Shown here: piece after piece, positions 35,697 to 49,199 of the stretch | Layout: every line of letters starts with the position of its first letter | Numbering within the stretch: position 1 is the stretch's first letter | Source of the DNA: Chlorokybus atmophyticus | Lineage: Eukaryota; Plantae; Mesostigma and Chlorokybus algae | Length of the DNA: 64,000 bases | Assembly: GCA_009103225.1 (NCBI GenBank) | Contig: RHPI01003169.1 | Coordinates: 62,001-126,000, forward strand | Direction: 5' to 3' | Program-made: the position numbers and the translations under genes | Notes under the pieces: model-generated | The model's input: the letters and a program-made list of their open reading frames with translations, nothing else | Databases searched by the model: none | What the model was told of the DNA's origin: nothing

Positions 35697-36713
35697 GTCT
35701 CCACTTCTGCCCAATGCTTCTCCTTCCAAGTGGAGGATGACGCATTGAAGTGGACGCTGGTGTAACTGACCATGAAAGCGCGGAGAGAGTGGTTGGGTGC
35801 AGAAGGTTTAGGTATTGTGCAGTGGTCTAAGAATTCATAAGCAGTTATGATTACGATATATCTGGCAGCTGCTGTTCGGGTAGAACTTGCGCCTGGCCTG
35901 TTCATATTGGTGACAATTACATCTTTGTTGAGATCTGCAAAGTAATTTTGCTTGTGAAGTGCGTGCAATATGTTGCTTTCAGTGCACACAAGAAATGAGC
36001 CATCTCAACCAACACGGTCATGACATTCTCTAACGATCATTGGGTGTTATGTATATGGTATAGCAATGGGGCCATTAGAATAATGCAACACACAGCCAGT
36101 TAGCCTTTGGCTTCTTGGTGGCAGCAAGCAGCACGAGCAGCAGACGGACTCCCACTTCCACTCTCCCGTTCTCTTCACCCACACCCTCACTCCCGCCGTC
36201 CCCCTGCAGTCCCGCATCCTGTAATCCTCGTTGAGGGCCCCTCTGCCCCGCCCCTCTGCCCTGCCCGTCTGCTCCACGTCTCCGCCTCACGTCACCCTCG
36301 CTGTGCAGTGCGATTGTCAGCACTGCAGCGTGTTCTGCCGCTGTGTCGTTGCTGGCAGTTAGGTGCTGCCGGTGGGGTTGGGTGGTGGGTTTGTGCGTGC
36401 CATGGCAACCGAGGATGGCAAGGAGTTGTAACAACAGCGGCGCAGCTACCTGCACAACGAGAGAGGCGCAGAGGGAGAAGGAGACAGGTTAGGCCTTGAC
36501 CCGGACTACGAGACCAAAGTGCTCAACCAGCCCCCAACCGCCAGTGCGCTGCCACGACCTTATACTCTCTCACACCTGCTTAGATCAGTAATACGGCTGC
36601 AGGCATTCCATGCCACATAGCCGTTAGGCACATCAGTCCGTTACGTATAGGTAGCGCAACCCATGATCGTTTTGGCAGCATTGTTTTATCTCATAAAGCA
36701 TGCATGCATGCAT

Positions 36714-36953
<240 letters not shown>

Positions 36954-38331
36954 CTTTATACTAGCCGCCCAGTTTGTGTTCTAAAACATTCCTGCAAGTG
37001 GTTTGCTGGCATACTATTTCGCACTCAATTGCTTTACAGGTATGTGTTGACATGTATGATACACCAAGGGCACGTTTATCGATATTTTATGTTAGTTGTT
37101 GCGCGGTTACTGACTGAAAGCATGACTTTATGTGAGACAGCGGCTTTGTCTTTGTTACAATTGAATACCTCAAGGTTTTCAACGGTACATATGATATCTT
37201 TTATTAATCTAATATCAATATGTTACATAATGTACCATATATGGTACATACATTATAAAAATTATCATAGACTTAATAACCCAATGGCGATGATGATTGC
37301 TGATGTGCTGCATGTTTAGTTGATGTCATGACTTTCACCGCTATATTCTTTGTTCATTTGGCATTGATACCCCATGTTGTGAATCAAGGATTGGGGCCGG
37401 ACCTAGGTTTGGGCATGATTGAACGAACAAAGAACAAGAATCTGGACAACATGTTTACTTCGAGGTTCATACAACCTCATTTTATTCTTGCCGATCAAAA
37501 CAAGCGACATTTATCAATGACTGCAAACGAACCATATGAAAAGAACAACTTGTACACTATATGGTTTTAAATATAAGTCTTACAAACCCATGTTTAAGTA
37601 TCAAAGTTGCATACACAAACTGATATACACTTTTTAGCACAATTACATGTATCAACCAACACGACAAGTTGCATCATTAATGGCATATATTGTGCCGAAC
37701 AACATGTAGACTTAGCTATAGCTTAGTTAGGCCCCCGCCCCGTAGCTTTTGGCTTGTTTTTGCCGTATTATTAAGCTTTATTAGTGCTTGCTTGCTTGGC
37801 TGATTGACCCCAATCCATCTCTTGTGTACTATATATATGAAGCGTGAATTGCACAATACTGTGACGTCAAGTCACACCGCGTCATGTGTCATGTGGAGCC
37901 GCACTGCATTGCAGCGTGACCATGCATGATACTGCGTGACTGCGAAAGGTTTGTTCCCTATATGCGCCATGTATGCAGAACGAACAAATAACGATCTATT
38001 CACAACCATATTCACAACCCTTATTTCGTGCTGTTGTGACCATCGACGTAAAACGATCAAAGATGGTTCAATATCTCAGAAGATGATTGTTATGTCCCAG
38101 CCCTATTTGTGAATGATACCTCACACATTTACCATAAAACTGAGTGGATTGTATATCCCATACAACCCTGGAATCCTATACTCCAAACCTTTGTGGCTAC
38201 CATAAGCCATGGACTTGGATTGGACCAGATGGATTCAAGTTCAAAATCCTTGCTCCTTGTACCTTGCACTCTTGGCAGTCCGACAGCCCTCCACTGCCAC
38301 CAACGGCAGGGGCAGTTGTGCTGGAGCTGCA

Positions 38332-39189
38332 ATGCAGCAGGCGGCGGCGAGAGAGGGGCTTGCGGCGGAGGCGGTGGACGCGGGCAACGGCAACGCTAAG
38401 GGCAGCGGCGAGGAGCAGGCGGCGTTCCCGGCGAGCATAGGCGAGTCGGAGGCGGCGGCGGCGGCGGAGCGCAGGGCGGAGCTGGCCGCCCGCGTGGCAG
38501 ACCTTAAACGGGACCTTGCTGATTGGCGAACCAGACTTGACTCTCAGGTGCAACATCAAAACGACAATTGCAATGACAGCTTTACGAGTTTGCCTGCTTC
38601 ACGTTGCTTTACTGGAGTCCCTTTATTCTTATTATTCTGCCAGCAATTCCTGACGGTTATGTTTACGTGGAACTTGTTCACAATTGCTATTGGTCACTAA
38701 TGAATGCCTCTTATCATAAGAGTCTTATGCGAGGCTGTGACATACAATGACGAGCAGCATTTCTCACCACGACCGAGTACTGCAATTTGCACAAGACAAC
38801 ATCGCCTCTATGCGACATATTCGCAGTGGAATGCTCTGCAACGCATCATTTGCATGCACATTATGCGTTAGTACTCTGTCGGACTGCAGCATGAGGCTGT
38901 CACACATTCCGTAGCAGCATCACCAGCAGCAGCAGCGACAACAGCAACAACAACAAATTGAGCCCTATTCCTGATGTGAATCTGTGGTGCGAAGGTGACG
39001 GGGTACAGGTCGGAGCTGTCGACGCTAAGGGAGTCGCTGGGCGGGGAGGTGAACGCGCTCAAGGCGGAGTTTGCAGAGTTGCGGTCCACCCTCACCGCCC
39101 AGCTCGAGCTCTCCACCCAACTCGCCGCCACGGTAAAACGGCACACTGCTACTACCAAAATGAGAACAATTCCCACTGAACTGCTGTGA
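38332..39189 (+). CDS. Small coiled-coil protein, at least 2 exons (38332-38547, 38995-...)
   Basis: Heptad-rich DLKRDLADWRTRLDSQ|VTGYRSELSTLRESLGGEVNALKAEF joined in frame across a GT-AG intron. The 3' end is uncertain. Confidence 0.6.
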
Positions 39190-40323
39190 ACTTTAAGCAT
39201 GCATGTACGCATGCATATGCGCACACACCGGCATGCAGACACACAGCCGCGCACGCACACACAAACAGTGCCCATGAGCTTTTGTCTTGCCTTGCCCGTT
39301 GATTGGTTTTGTTTCTGGGTGCGTGCCATTGCTTTGGCTTTGGACACTGTGTTGTGGTTCCTGTGTTCCTGTTCTCCCCTAGTGGTCCAGCATCTCTCGC
39401 AGATTGTTGTCATCGACATTGACCTTGTTCGCATAGGTCTTGTTATTTTCGTGCGGGGATACATTCATGTATTGGTATAAAAGGTAGACTTTGTGCTGGC
39501 CTGGCTTGCGCAGGACAAGAAAAGGGAGGCTGAGGGAATTGCAGAGGTGTAGCATCAAAGAGATCTGCAACTTACACCACTGCACCTGGCTGCATTCTAT
39601 CTTCGTTGTGCCTTGCAACACGGCGAGTTTAGTCACTCCGCGCCTAGCAGCCATGTTGACAAAAGATGCAACGGGCATTGTGCTGGTGTCTGCCTACTCG
39701 TAGTTGTAATTACAGCATATACATTGTCACAATATGTAAATAGTATGCGCAGCTATCCTTTTGTCAGTCATAGGAAATGTGGTACACCAGCGTTTAGCGA
39801 GTGAAGATGTAGTCTTGGCAATTTCTTCCCGCATTGGATGTTGCAACATGCACCTTGCATGCAACAGTAGCTCCTAGGGATGTGTTACATGTAGCTTAGC
39901 GTCAAATAAAGGCCTGGTATATAAGCATGCGCGCATGCACCACAGCATACAAATCAATACCACAGTCCGGTAATCCCCTTCAATGCCACTAAGATGTAGG
40001 GACTTCTTAAACTGCTCTGCCCTCCTCGCTTGGCACACCATCAGCCATGAGGCCACTGCTTTCAAGATGAAGAAAGCACGGTGTCAACAGGAGCTACCTG
40101 CCAGTGCTCGATCTACAGTGCATGTCTGTCAAAAACTGGCAAATGGCGCCCACCACCAGCTTACCTCAGCTCCTGATGTGAGCATGCAGTGAAACATTGC
40201 AATACACAAACAACAACCTCTAGCACCCACTGGATGTTGTTACAGAACATATACGACTCAAAAATATGAATGGAGGCACATATACTGCGAAACTGTTTGC
40301 TGCAGCTGATAGCTGCATTCCAT

Positions 40324-42153
40324 CTATCTTTCGAGGATGCCCTTGACATACACCTTGTCCTTCTCCATGAACTGCAGGGTCTTGCGGAAGCGCTCAATCT
40401 CCTCCTCATCGCCTTCCACGACGACATCCGTGGTCGAGTCGTCGTCCGCTGTTATCATCTTCACCCTCATCTGCTCCTTACGCGATGCCCGCTGCCAGTA
40501 GTAACCGCCGCTATGCACCAATGAAAGCATGTCAGCCTTAAGACGGGTTGATGGTGTCAAGGACATGACGCACATGCCAGGACTGGAACCAACTGGAACA
40601 ATTGTAACCTTGGCCACTAACATGTGTATAACTAAGAGTGAGTCCGGCCAACGTAGTGAGCACACGAGTGTGTGCACGAGTAAGAGGGTGAATAGATTGG
40701 TAATAGATAGAAGCAATGCAGCAGATGAAAGGATGATTGCTTGTATAAAGGCTTGCATGCCGTTCATGGACGCAATCAACTGAAGGCTTACGCGAGAGGG
40801 GAGAAGAGGGTGAGGTAGTACGCATTGCTGCCAATGGCCGGCTGAGCGATAGACAGCACGAGGGCGGTAGAGCCCAGGCCCATGAAAGCGCAGAACGTGA
40901 GGAAGGCAGCCTGGCCCCTGGACGGCGCCACATTGCCCTCGAACACAATGGTCTCCCCAGCCTCTGCCACCCGATAATTGTTGGACAGGAAGAACGTAGA
41001 TATGTCACGCGCCAGCGACTTCAGCGGCTTCATACTTGGCCCATCAACCTGCAATATGTACACTTGTCAATAATCGGTGCGTGCACATGCGTGCATGCCT
41101 GCAGGTGTTGCATGAGTATGTGTCTGCACTTGCGTGTATGCGTCTGCGTGTATGAAGACACATACACGCGTGAATGATGGGATCACATGTAACCACAACA
41201 GCTCTTCTTGTTACCATACTGAGTACAAACGTAAGCACAGCAACAGCTAACACAAACCATCACTCACTTGGAACACCCTTCGTTTGACTTTGCTCTTTGT
41301 TGAGCGCTTGATGAGAGACCATAGGCCTGGCAGGCTCAGCGCGAACAAGCCAAGAGCAGTCCAGTACGACGCGCCGATGTTAATGCCCCCCTCAGCTGCC
41401 TCTGTTGCCACGTCAGCTGCATGCGCCACCGCTGTGTCCTGCAGAGTCACATTAATAACACTGTGTCTTGCAAGTACACTTAACTGTAGCATAGCGCGAA
41501 AAAGTTTGGAAGTAATACAGATATGAATGAACGACGAGGCACATCCAATCACAGACCAATAATTGAATCAAATGCCATGTGATTGCTTCATGTGGACTAG
41601 ACGCGTTCCTGGGTTGTTGACAAGTAGTTGGATGATGCTGCATGGGCCAACAGCATGCGGCCTTCTTGTTCGTTTCTGCGTGCATGCATGCAACACTACG
41701 AGAGATCTGCGTGAGATCAATTTGTACCAATATCTGGACACATGGAAACAGCAAATGCTATATTTCTTCATACTCTACCACTTGACTGAGACATAGAGGG
41801 AAACCACCAAAACTTGCCGCCAGCATAGTACACATGCAAATAGACATGCACGCAAGAAACTGTAAAAGCTACCACAATAGACAGGGCAGCAAGCGCACCA
41901 CAAAAAGGGGCGTCAGAGCAGCTGCCAACGAAGCAGCGGCAGCAGTGGAGGCGGTGGGCCTGCTGTCCTCCTGGACGGAGGCGGAGCAAACCCTAGCTGC
42001 TGTCCGTGTGCGCCTTGTTGCGGAGGATAACACTGTCCGCGGTCGGCGCAGTCCCGTGCGCGGCGCAGACCTCGCAGACGGTACTTCGAACAACAGTAAG
42101 AGAGGCGCGCTGGCCCTCGCCGCCGCCACCGCCGTCGCCGCCGTCGCCGCCAT
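40324..42153 (-). CDS. CCB1: Cofactor assembly of complex C subunit B, CCB1 (cytochrome b6 heme ci attachment), with plastid transit peptide
   Basis: GLWSLIKRSTKSK; FEGNVAPSRGQAAFLTFC; LSPLA|GGYYW; EGDEEEIERFRKTLQFMEKDKVYVKGILER*. A/S/R-rich N-terminus. Confidence 0.92.
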
Positions 42154-42888
42154 GCTGGCACTGCACTGCTCTACATCGCAACACAGACACACTTCAGGGC
42201 TGTCCTTGGGAAGTTTAATGCTGATGGAAGTTCCTTTGTACCAGGCGCCGACCCCTGGTACTAGGTCGACAGCATGCTCAATGTCGGTGTGATTGTGGTT
42301 GAACGCGAAAAACTGTCGACGTTGCCAACCACTAGGGCATGCTGGAGGCAGCGGCGGTGGTGGCGGCGGCGGTGGTGTCGTTCTACTCGTTGTCCTTCCG
42401 TTTTGCCTGTATATAGTTCCTTTTGTGTGTCGAAGGCTTGCCGGGCGAGCTACGTGTAAATTCAAGCGTTGGAGCAGCGGCGAGATTGCTAGGTGAGCCG
42501 CGTTGCACCTGGCTAGGGTCACTTCATGGGGTGGGGAGTAGCCTTGTGTTAGTTGAGTTTTTCTGCCAGCACTGTGGCCCATGGATTCATGACTCTTGTC
42601 TATGCCATTTTGAGTTTGTTCTGAAGGTTGCGAGCAATACACGCACGCATTTGCTGCTTGTCCGCGGTTGCCAGATGTCAGTTGCATGACACTTGCCCTG
42701 CCTGCGTGCTGTTGGCCTGGATAAAGTAATATTGCAACTTTCACGCCACCTCATAGTTACGAAGACACATATCAGGAGGCCAAGGAGCTTGCATAAGCTG
42801 CAACCAACTTCTTTGCCATGCCGCTTACAGTGTGCATGCATGCACTCTGCCTTATTCGCGCCTTGGTTGTTAGCACTACACTCTAAGC

Positions 42889-44111
42889 ATGGCGGCGGTG
42901 GCGGCTGCGCATGGCGAGGACAGAATGCGCGGTGGGCCGCACCGGGACAACCACTTGTCAGCGCAGCAGCACAGCAGGCCTGGAGCGCCTCGCTCGCAGG
43001 CCCAGGCCATCGCACTGAAGGAATCCGTGCCGGAAGTCGATCGAGAAAAGGTACTACTTGGCCGTGTGCTTATGCTTGTGCGTGCGCGCGTGCATGCGTC
43101 TGCAATTGTGCGCTTGCTGATGGTTATAGTAGTAGTGTGTAGACGCCTCCACAAACCACTACTTACTCGCTTCATGTCTTCCTCTCTCCCTGTCCTCTGT
43201 CAACCCTGACTAGTAATGTTGCTTTGCAGACATGTCCGCTGCTGCTGCGTGTATTCACTAAGGTGCGAAAACGCTGGGCATTGTTATGGATGTATACATG
43301 TCTTGATATAATGCAAACGCCCCGACTTCTTTGTAAGCAGCACGTGTCACGCAGACTGGCGGACATCACACAGTTGAAGACTTTGCCGTAAGAGGGAAAG
43401 AGCCCGCGCAAGAGGTACCATCATTATTCGAAGTGGCTCGCCTCTCACGCTGTGAACATATATGTGAATCGCTGTAGTTACATATTGTTTATCGTGCAGC
43501 TGCAAATTTACACCTGGCCGGATGCTACGCTGCGCGAGTTGACAGATCTGGTATGTGTATTCAACGGCCAATGCTGTTGCCTGCCAGGTGTTGCCACAGT
43601 TCTGTTAGGAATCAAAGAAAAGTAAACCGCAATTAAGCCTGATCCATACACAGGTAAAAGAGGTGGAGCCAAGTGCACGCAGGCGCGATGCACGGTTGTC
43701 TTTTGCCTTTGTGTATCCGGATCGGCGAGGGCGGAATGTAATCAGACAGGTATGTTGACTTGTGATTGAAGGTATTGTCTTGGTTCAGTTTTCATGCAAT
43801 CGCAATCTTCAATCTTGCCATTGTTTGCCATTGTGTTGAACAACTCAGCACCACAATGATGACTAGTGGATGAGCTTGGTCCATGCACAACAGGTTGGAT
43901 ACACGTCTTCCATTCCTAGAAGGGGTGAAGACGACAACAAGATGTTGCAGCAGTTGAACTTTCAGGTACGTCATAGTCGCAGCAGGTTAGGAGACACAGT
44001 GCAGTCAAAAGATGCCTCTTCTTTTTCATTGGTCAGGATTGGTCAATGTTGTGGTTTTGTGGTGGCTCGCAGACAGGAGACTTTTTGGACGTGGCGATAC
44101 TCACATCCTGA
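42889..44111 (+). CDS. SAP18: Sin3-associated protein 18, 7 exons
   Basis: VDREK|TCPLLLRVFTK|TGGHH..EDF|LQIYTWPDATLRELTDL|VKEV..ARLSFAFVYPD|..FQ|TGDFLDVAI, assembled across GT-AG introns. Confidence 0.93.
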
Positions 44112-45118
44112 CTGCTTCTGAGTAACGTGCCTGAGCATGTTTATACCTTGTACATGGCAATGAAACACACACGGTGGCGCATGCGGACATTAGCCGAGCT
44201 CAAGCAACCATGTCAATTATAAGAGGCGGTGGGTTGCATGCGCTTTGCGAGTCCATGGTTGCACCGACTACATGCGTAGTGTTTTTGACATACTCATCAA
44301 AGGCATTGGCGTAGACTTTGATGTAGTAAACAATGAATCAGACCTATTGTTGCACATATTGATGAGCTGACACATGTTGCTCCTTCCCACTCAAACTCCC
44401 TTTTTTCTGTGGTGTTAGCAAAAAACTGCGACCAAACGACTTGTGACATGAGGCATGTCATTTTGGAGCTGTACTCTTGTTCGCAGCTGCCCCTACAGCC
44501 CATGAAGCGCACAACTGCGGTGCATGTGGTCAAACTGACCATACATGCATGCACGCATAGGCTTTCCAATGATGCAAGAGTGCTCACGCGCAAGCAAACA
44601 CAAGCAAGCACGCATGCACATCAGGAGAGATAAAACATGGGTTTACAATCACACACATACTCACAGTACATGCTCGAGACAGGCGCGCTCAGCTAGTATG
44701 AGACTCACCTAATATCACGCTTCCCACAAGCCAAACACACTCACACCCATCCACACACCCACACCAGCCAGCCAGCAGATCGGCGAGAGCAACTATCAGG
44801 GCATAGGCAAGGGCATGCTAGGCTATGTGTTGGTAGCTAATTGCAAGAGCGGGATGACTGCAAGGGGGCGGAGCAACAAGAAGCGGGGCAGCAAACAGCA
44901 AGCAGACCTGTTGGCACAGGGCCGAGGGTTTGGAGCAGGCGTGTATCACAGCGGCAACGCACAGCAACAGCGAAGGGTGAAGGTGGGGGCGGGGATGCTG
45001 TGCTGTTGTGCAACGGCAGCGACAATGAGGCCATGGCGGCTGGAGCTGAGTTTGTGGTGGTCCATACTCCGCGTGCTGTAACACCCGTAGCAGTTGCAGT
45101 ACCGCGATCGACTGCAGC

Positions 45119-47420
45119 CTAGTTGACGGTCAAGTAGCCGTTGGTGCTAACAGGCAGCTTGTAGGCAGTTAGATTGTTAAGCATGCAGTGATGACACAAA
45201 GCTAACAGCAGATGCATGCATGTGCAGTCAGACACTCTGCTCCCCACACATGCGTAACCACTTTCCTCACTAACATATGACGAGGTTGAACGCCTAACTG
45301 CCACCAGGACGTACAGCTGTTGGTAAGTCATACCATACACTCGTCCTTCCATCATGTACATCTTCGCGCGCAACTCGTCTAGCGACATCCGCATGTCATA
45401 GCCTTTGGCAACCGTATCACGCAATAGCTGCACCATTTCCCACATGAAATGTTCTCGCAAGGTGCAAATGCGTATGAACCTTACGAAGTGTGACACTACC
45501 ACCCCCAACTTGGCGGACTGAAAAATGAGGCTGTTCGGGGTGGGGTGCCCTGTGCCTCGGCAAGTATCTGAACGAGGTAGTGTTTAGTTTGTTGTACGCA
45601 CGTGTGCAACACCCAAGACTTGTTTGCAAGATCATCAAGTCCAAAAAAGGTATGGTGACTTCTTGAGCTGTCTGAGATTGTGTGAGCATGTGCAATGGGT
45701 ACAAGCCTCCCCCCGGCGCTGCTGAGTCCAGGTACTGACACGCTGCTAATTCCGAGAGGTCCACCACTAGCAAGTCGTCCATATACCTCAGGACATGCTT
45801 AGCAAAGTGAAATGCTAGAGGTTTTCAGCCCATTAGCCACCAACCCGTGCTTGAAGTCAAGCTTGGTAGATCATTGTTGGCAATATATACCTCAGCACGG
45901 TTGCCCATGGGTATACCAATAACCTGTTGGTGCAGTTAATCCTGCGCGATCTGAACAAACAAGTTATGCACAATGAATTGTAGCATGTGGTGCAAGTCTT
46001 GTACTGTCAACACTTTCGTTTGCCCCTCACGTGTCACTGCTGTGCCTTTGACCAATGTGTGTGTCACATCAAGCGCTTGCACATAAAAATGCAAATGTGT
46101 TTTACGTTATGTGCGCAACACACAAGCAAAAACTTTGTTTACCAAGCCTTGCATACGTTCCAGCAAGTCTTGGTGCTCAAGGTTGGTGTCTAGAGTGGTA
46201 AATTAAACAATTGCAATTTTTAACATATCATGCTTTTCGACGGCATTCTTGGATGTGTTGCAGTCAGGCAAATTCCCGTGAGCTTTGCATGATACAGCTC
46301 TGCATTTATTCTTCCAGTGCCTAACTTCACAGACAATCCACCACCTCTGTCATAGCCTTATACCCATGAGTTTTAGCCACAAAAATGCATTAGCCAGAGT
46401 GGTATAAAAAGCAGCAGCGATAACCATAAGCTTAGGTGGGTCTTTATGCAACTTAACTGACATGTATAAGTGAGGCAAACGTGCAGACACTCCCTTTTTG
46501 GTGTGTAGGAAGCCATGCTGTTGGTTGTAGGCTTGGTGTGCAATCATGCCTGCTTCCACCATGTGTGGCACTAAATGGTAGGTACGCGTGTGTAATGAAC
46601 CACTGGCCACAAAACACGAAGTGTGTTTTGTGGCCATTGTGGCGTTATCATCGGATCGTTTCGTGACATCCCCCNNNNNNNNNNNNNNNNNNNNNNNNNN
46701 NNNNNNNNNNNNNNNNNNNNNNNNNNNNNNNNNNNNNNNNNNNNNNNNNNNNNCCCCCACCACCCACCCACTCAGGCATCTAATGTCCTCATTAGATGTG
46801 AGTTTCACATGGCATCTCATCACGTAGCAGTGGAAGCGCTTTGCAATCATCACTGAGCAATCGCAGCGCGCATTACGCCGCTTAGTGACCGACTGTTAAT
46901 TGCCATCAGGCAAGTCGCGCGGTACCACTCAGCGGCGGCTCCAAGTACGTGCAACGCGTTGGAATGACCAATTGTTGCCCAGCAAGTCGCGCGTTGCACC
47001 GAGCAAATGCGCGCAACCCATCATTTTTTGATCGATAATAACGATCTCAAAAATCCTTCTTGATCTGCCGCGAGGCGGTTTCGACCTCATGACCTTCGGG
47101 TCTCAAGCTCCGATGACCAATGTAACGTACCACTAGGCCACAAAAGCACGAAGTGTGTTTGTGGCCATTGTGGTGTTATTATCGGGTCATCCCGTGACAG
47201 CGTGGCCAACTCTGATCATGAGCACCTTGTGGATGACATCCTGGACCCTGCTCCTTGGTCATGTTTGTGCGCAACTGCTGCATATAGTATGCTTTGTAGA
47301 CAATTGACAAATTACCCACACACTTGTCCACTTGTGTTATTACCATTGTTGTTTGTAAATCCTTACAACGTTCACGGTCAATGTTGGTGGGGCATGACCA
47401 AGGGCAGGATATATATACCA
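45119..47420 (-). pseudogene. Second Penelope-like RT remnant, interrupted by a TRIM
   Basis: VDKCVGNLSIVYKAYY; LPHLYMSVKLHKDPP; QVIGIPMG; MDD; IPFLDL; GVVVSHFVRFIRIC. Confidence 0.75.
46591..47199 (-). mobile_element. TRIM: LTRs 46591-46668 and 47121-47199
   Basis: ~79-bp tgtaa..gtgaca repeats. TSD gcgtg at 46586-46590 and 47200-47204. PBS tggtcatcggagc on the minus strand. G-rich PPT at an N gap. Confidence 0.85.
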
Positions 47421-47552
47421 CGAAACACAGCATCAAACAAACAGGCTACGTACTGAGCGTCCATGCCTATCATACACACACAAGTTACACCCAGCCAAAC
47501 ATTGGCAAAGGCAAGGCCAAGTTAATCGAACCTTATAAGCCCCCGAAGTCAC

Positions 47553-48400
47553 TCACGGTGCCCGCCATGGCAATGTCCGCTTCGGAAGCTCTGGCGCCCA
47601 CCTGCAAAGGACTCCAATCCGGCATGGCTGCCACGGCGGCCGCCCCCGTTCCACTAGCGCCAGACCTTGCGCTCGCTGCAGCGCCACCGCCACACGCTGC
47701 CTGAACAGCGCCATGTAGCCGCTGAGGCGCTGTGCGGCAACCCACGCGTGTACAGCGCCTGCCTTGCATATGATTTCAACACATTGGCAAACACCACCCC
47801 CACCGTAGATGTCTACCGCCAGCGGAAAGAACTTGTCCGCCAGTGGGTGGTCGCTGTACTTGCGGCGTATGAAATTCTCTGCATCACGTGGCGCAGCGCC
47901 TTGCGTCACGCCACAAGCTGTGACCGTGACGTTGAGCAGCTACCATTGATCACGCACGGGCTTTGAGGCCACCAGATCCACCCGCCGTCCTTGAGTTTCA
48001 CCAGGGTGAATATGCATGAAGCCTGTGTGTTCACGTGACATTACACATACCCCACCTCACGCAGAATCACAAACATCTCATCACGCAAAGCGTCATGCGT
48101 CGCAGTGCGTCCTCGCCCAACCGGACAGCGCAGCAGATGCGACCCTTGCGGCGAGAGCGTGACGCCGCACACGCACTTCGTCACATACGCCAACATGGGA
48201 TGCGGCAGACTGAGTAGATTGTGTAGCGCCGTACAACAAATTTCCGGTGACATGCGGAGAGCCGGGCAGGTCGGTAAAGCTGTCAGCCACGCCCCCGCGC
48301 CCGTGGTCGCCGCCGACAATCGATGCGACAACTCCTCCGCCGTCGCTCCACTCTCATAAGCCTTCAGCATTTTAGCAACGACAGTGGCGCTCAGATCTTC
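47553..48400 (-). pseudogene. 3' part of a non-LTR retrotransposon ORF (zinc knuckle + restriction-like endonuclease type)
   Basis: AGAWLTALP..CVCG..SHLLRC..GR..THDALRD; then RRKY..FFPLAVDIYG; RVAVALQRAQ. Confidence 0.65.
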
Positions 48401-49199
48401 CTACAGCTTGACCGCCGCCGTGCGCGCCAGAGCCGAGAACGGCGGTAAAAGTGGGCACCGCCGGTGGCAGCAGGTCACAGGCGGCCCTCAAAGCCGTCTG
48501 AAAAGGAAGACCCCCGGTCTCCACTCGTCAATTGCCGAGACAAACGCCGCGAGGTAGTGTGTCAGCGTGTTAGTGGTAAATAGCCGTAGCCTGGTGGTGG
48601 CGTTGTGATATGAGTGGCTGCAGGTGCTGTGTGCTTGACACCATGCATGTTGGCTGAATGCTGCACACCGTGCATGCTTGCATTACAGCATACCACTTGT
48701 ACACTAGCGTAGTGGGCCTACAGATGTCATGGTTGTGATGCAGGTATGACTGTTGTATTCAGCGCTTGTCCTACTGCACCACGTTGTGCATTTGTGCATG
48801 CACGTGGGTGTTCCATTGCCCTACCCACCAGCACTCGCATGGTGGACAGCCGAATATTGTCTGCAGTTATGTTGCATGCTTTCCGTCTGCACACGCTGCC
48901 AATCATCTGACATTGCTTGCATGTCATACAATTGTGAGCTATATCAACAAAATAGCTGATGGCGTTTACACAACTGACGCTCAACCAGGGTGGTGTCTGC
49001 GCTGCATGTGATGCCTGCAGCAGCAACTGGAACGTGTGTGAGGCATCCTGCTGCATTGGTACCCTGAATTTCTGTACACACATGAGAGATCACACTGTGT
49101 CCCAAGAGTACGGATGCTCTTACAGGTACACGGTTTGTCAAAACTACTGCAATGCCAGCACACCACATGACGGTTTGTGGGTGACCTAGAGATAATGTA

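Noticed and set aside
36075-36455. 126-aa ORF with a hydrophobic start
   Set aside because: No ATG start, no recognisable family, and no partner exons found.
44280-44640. Possible decayed transposase coding traces here and at 48720-49190
   Set aside because: No motif recognised with confidence.
46591-47199. Short repeats with hairpins as a possible CRISPR-like array
   Set aside because: Only two copies, with PBS, PPT and TSD, so they are TRIM LTRs.
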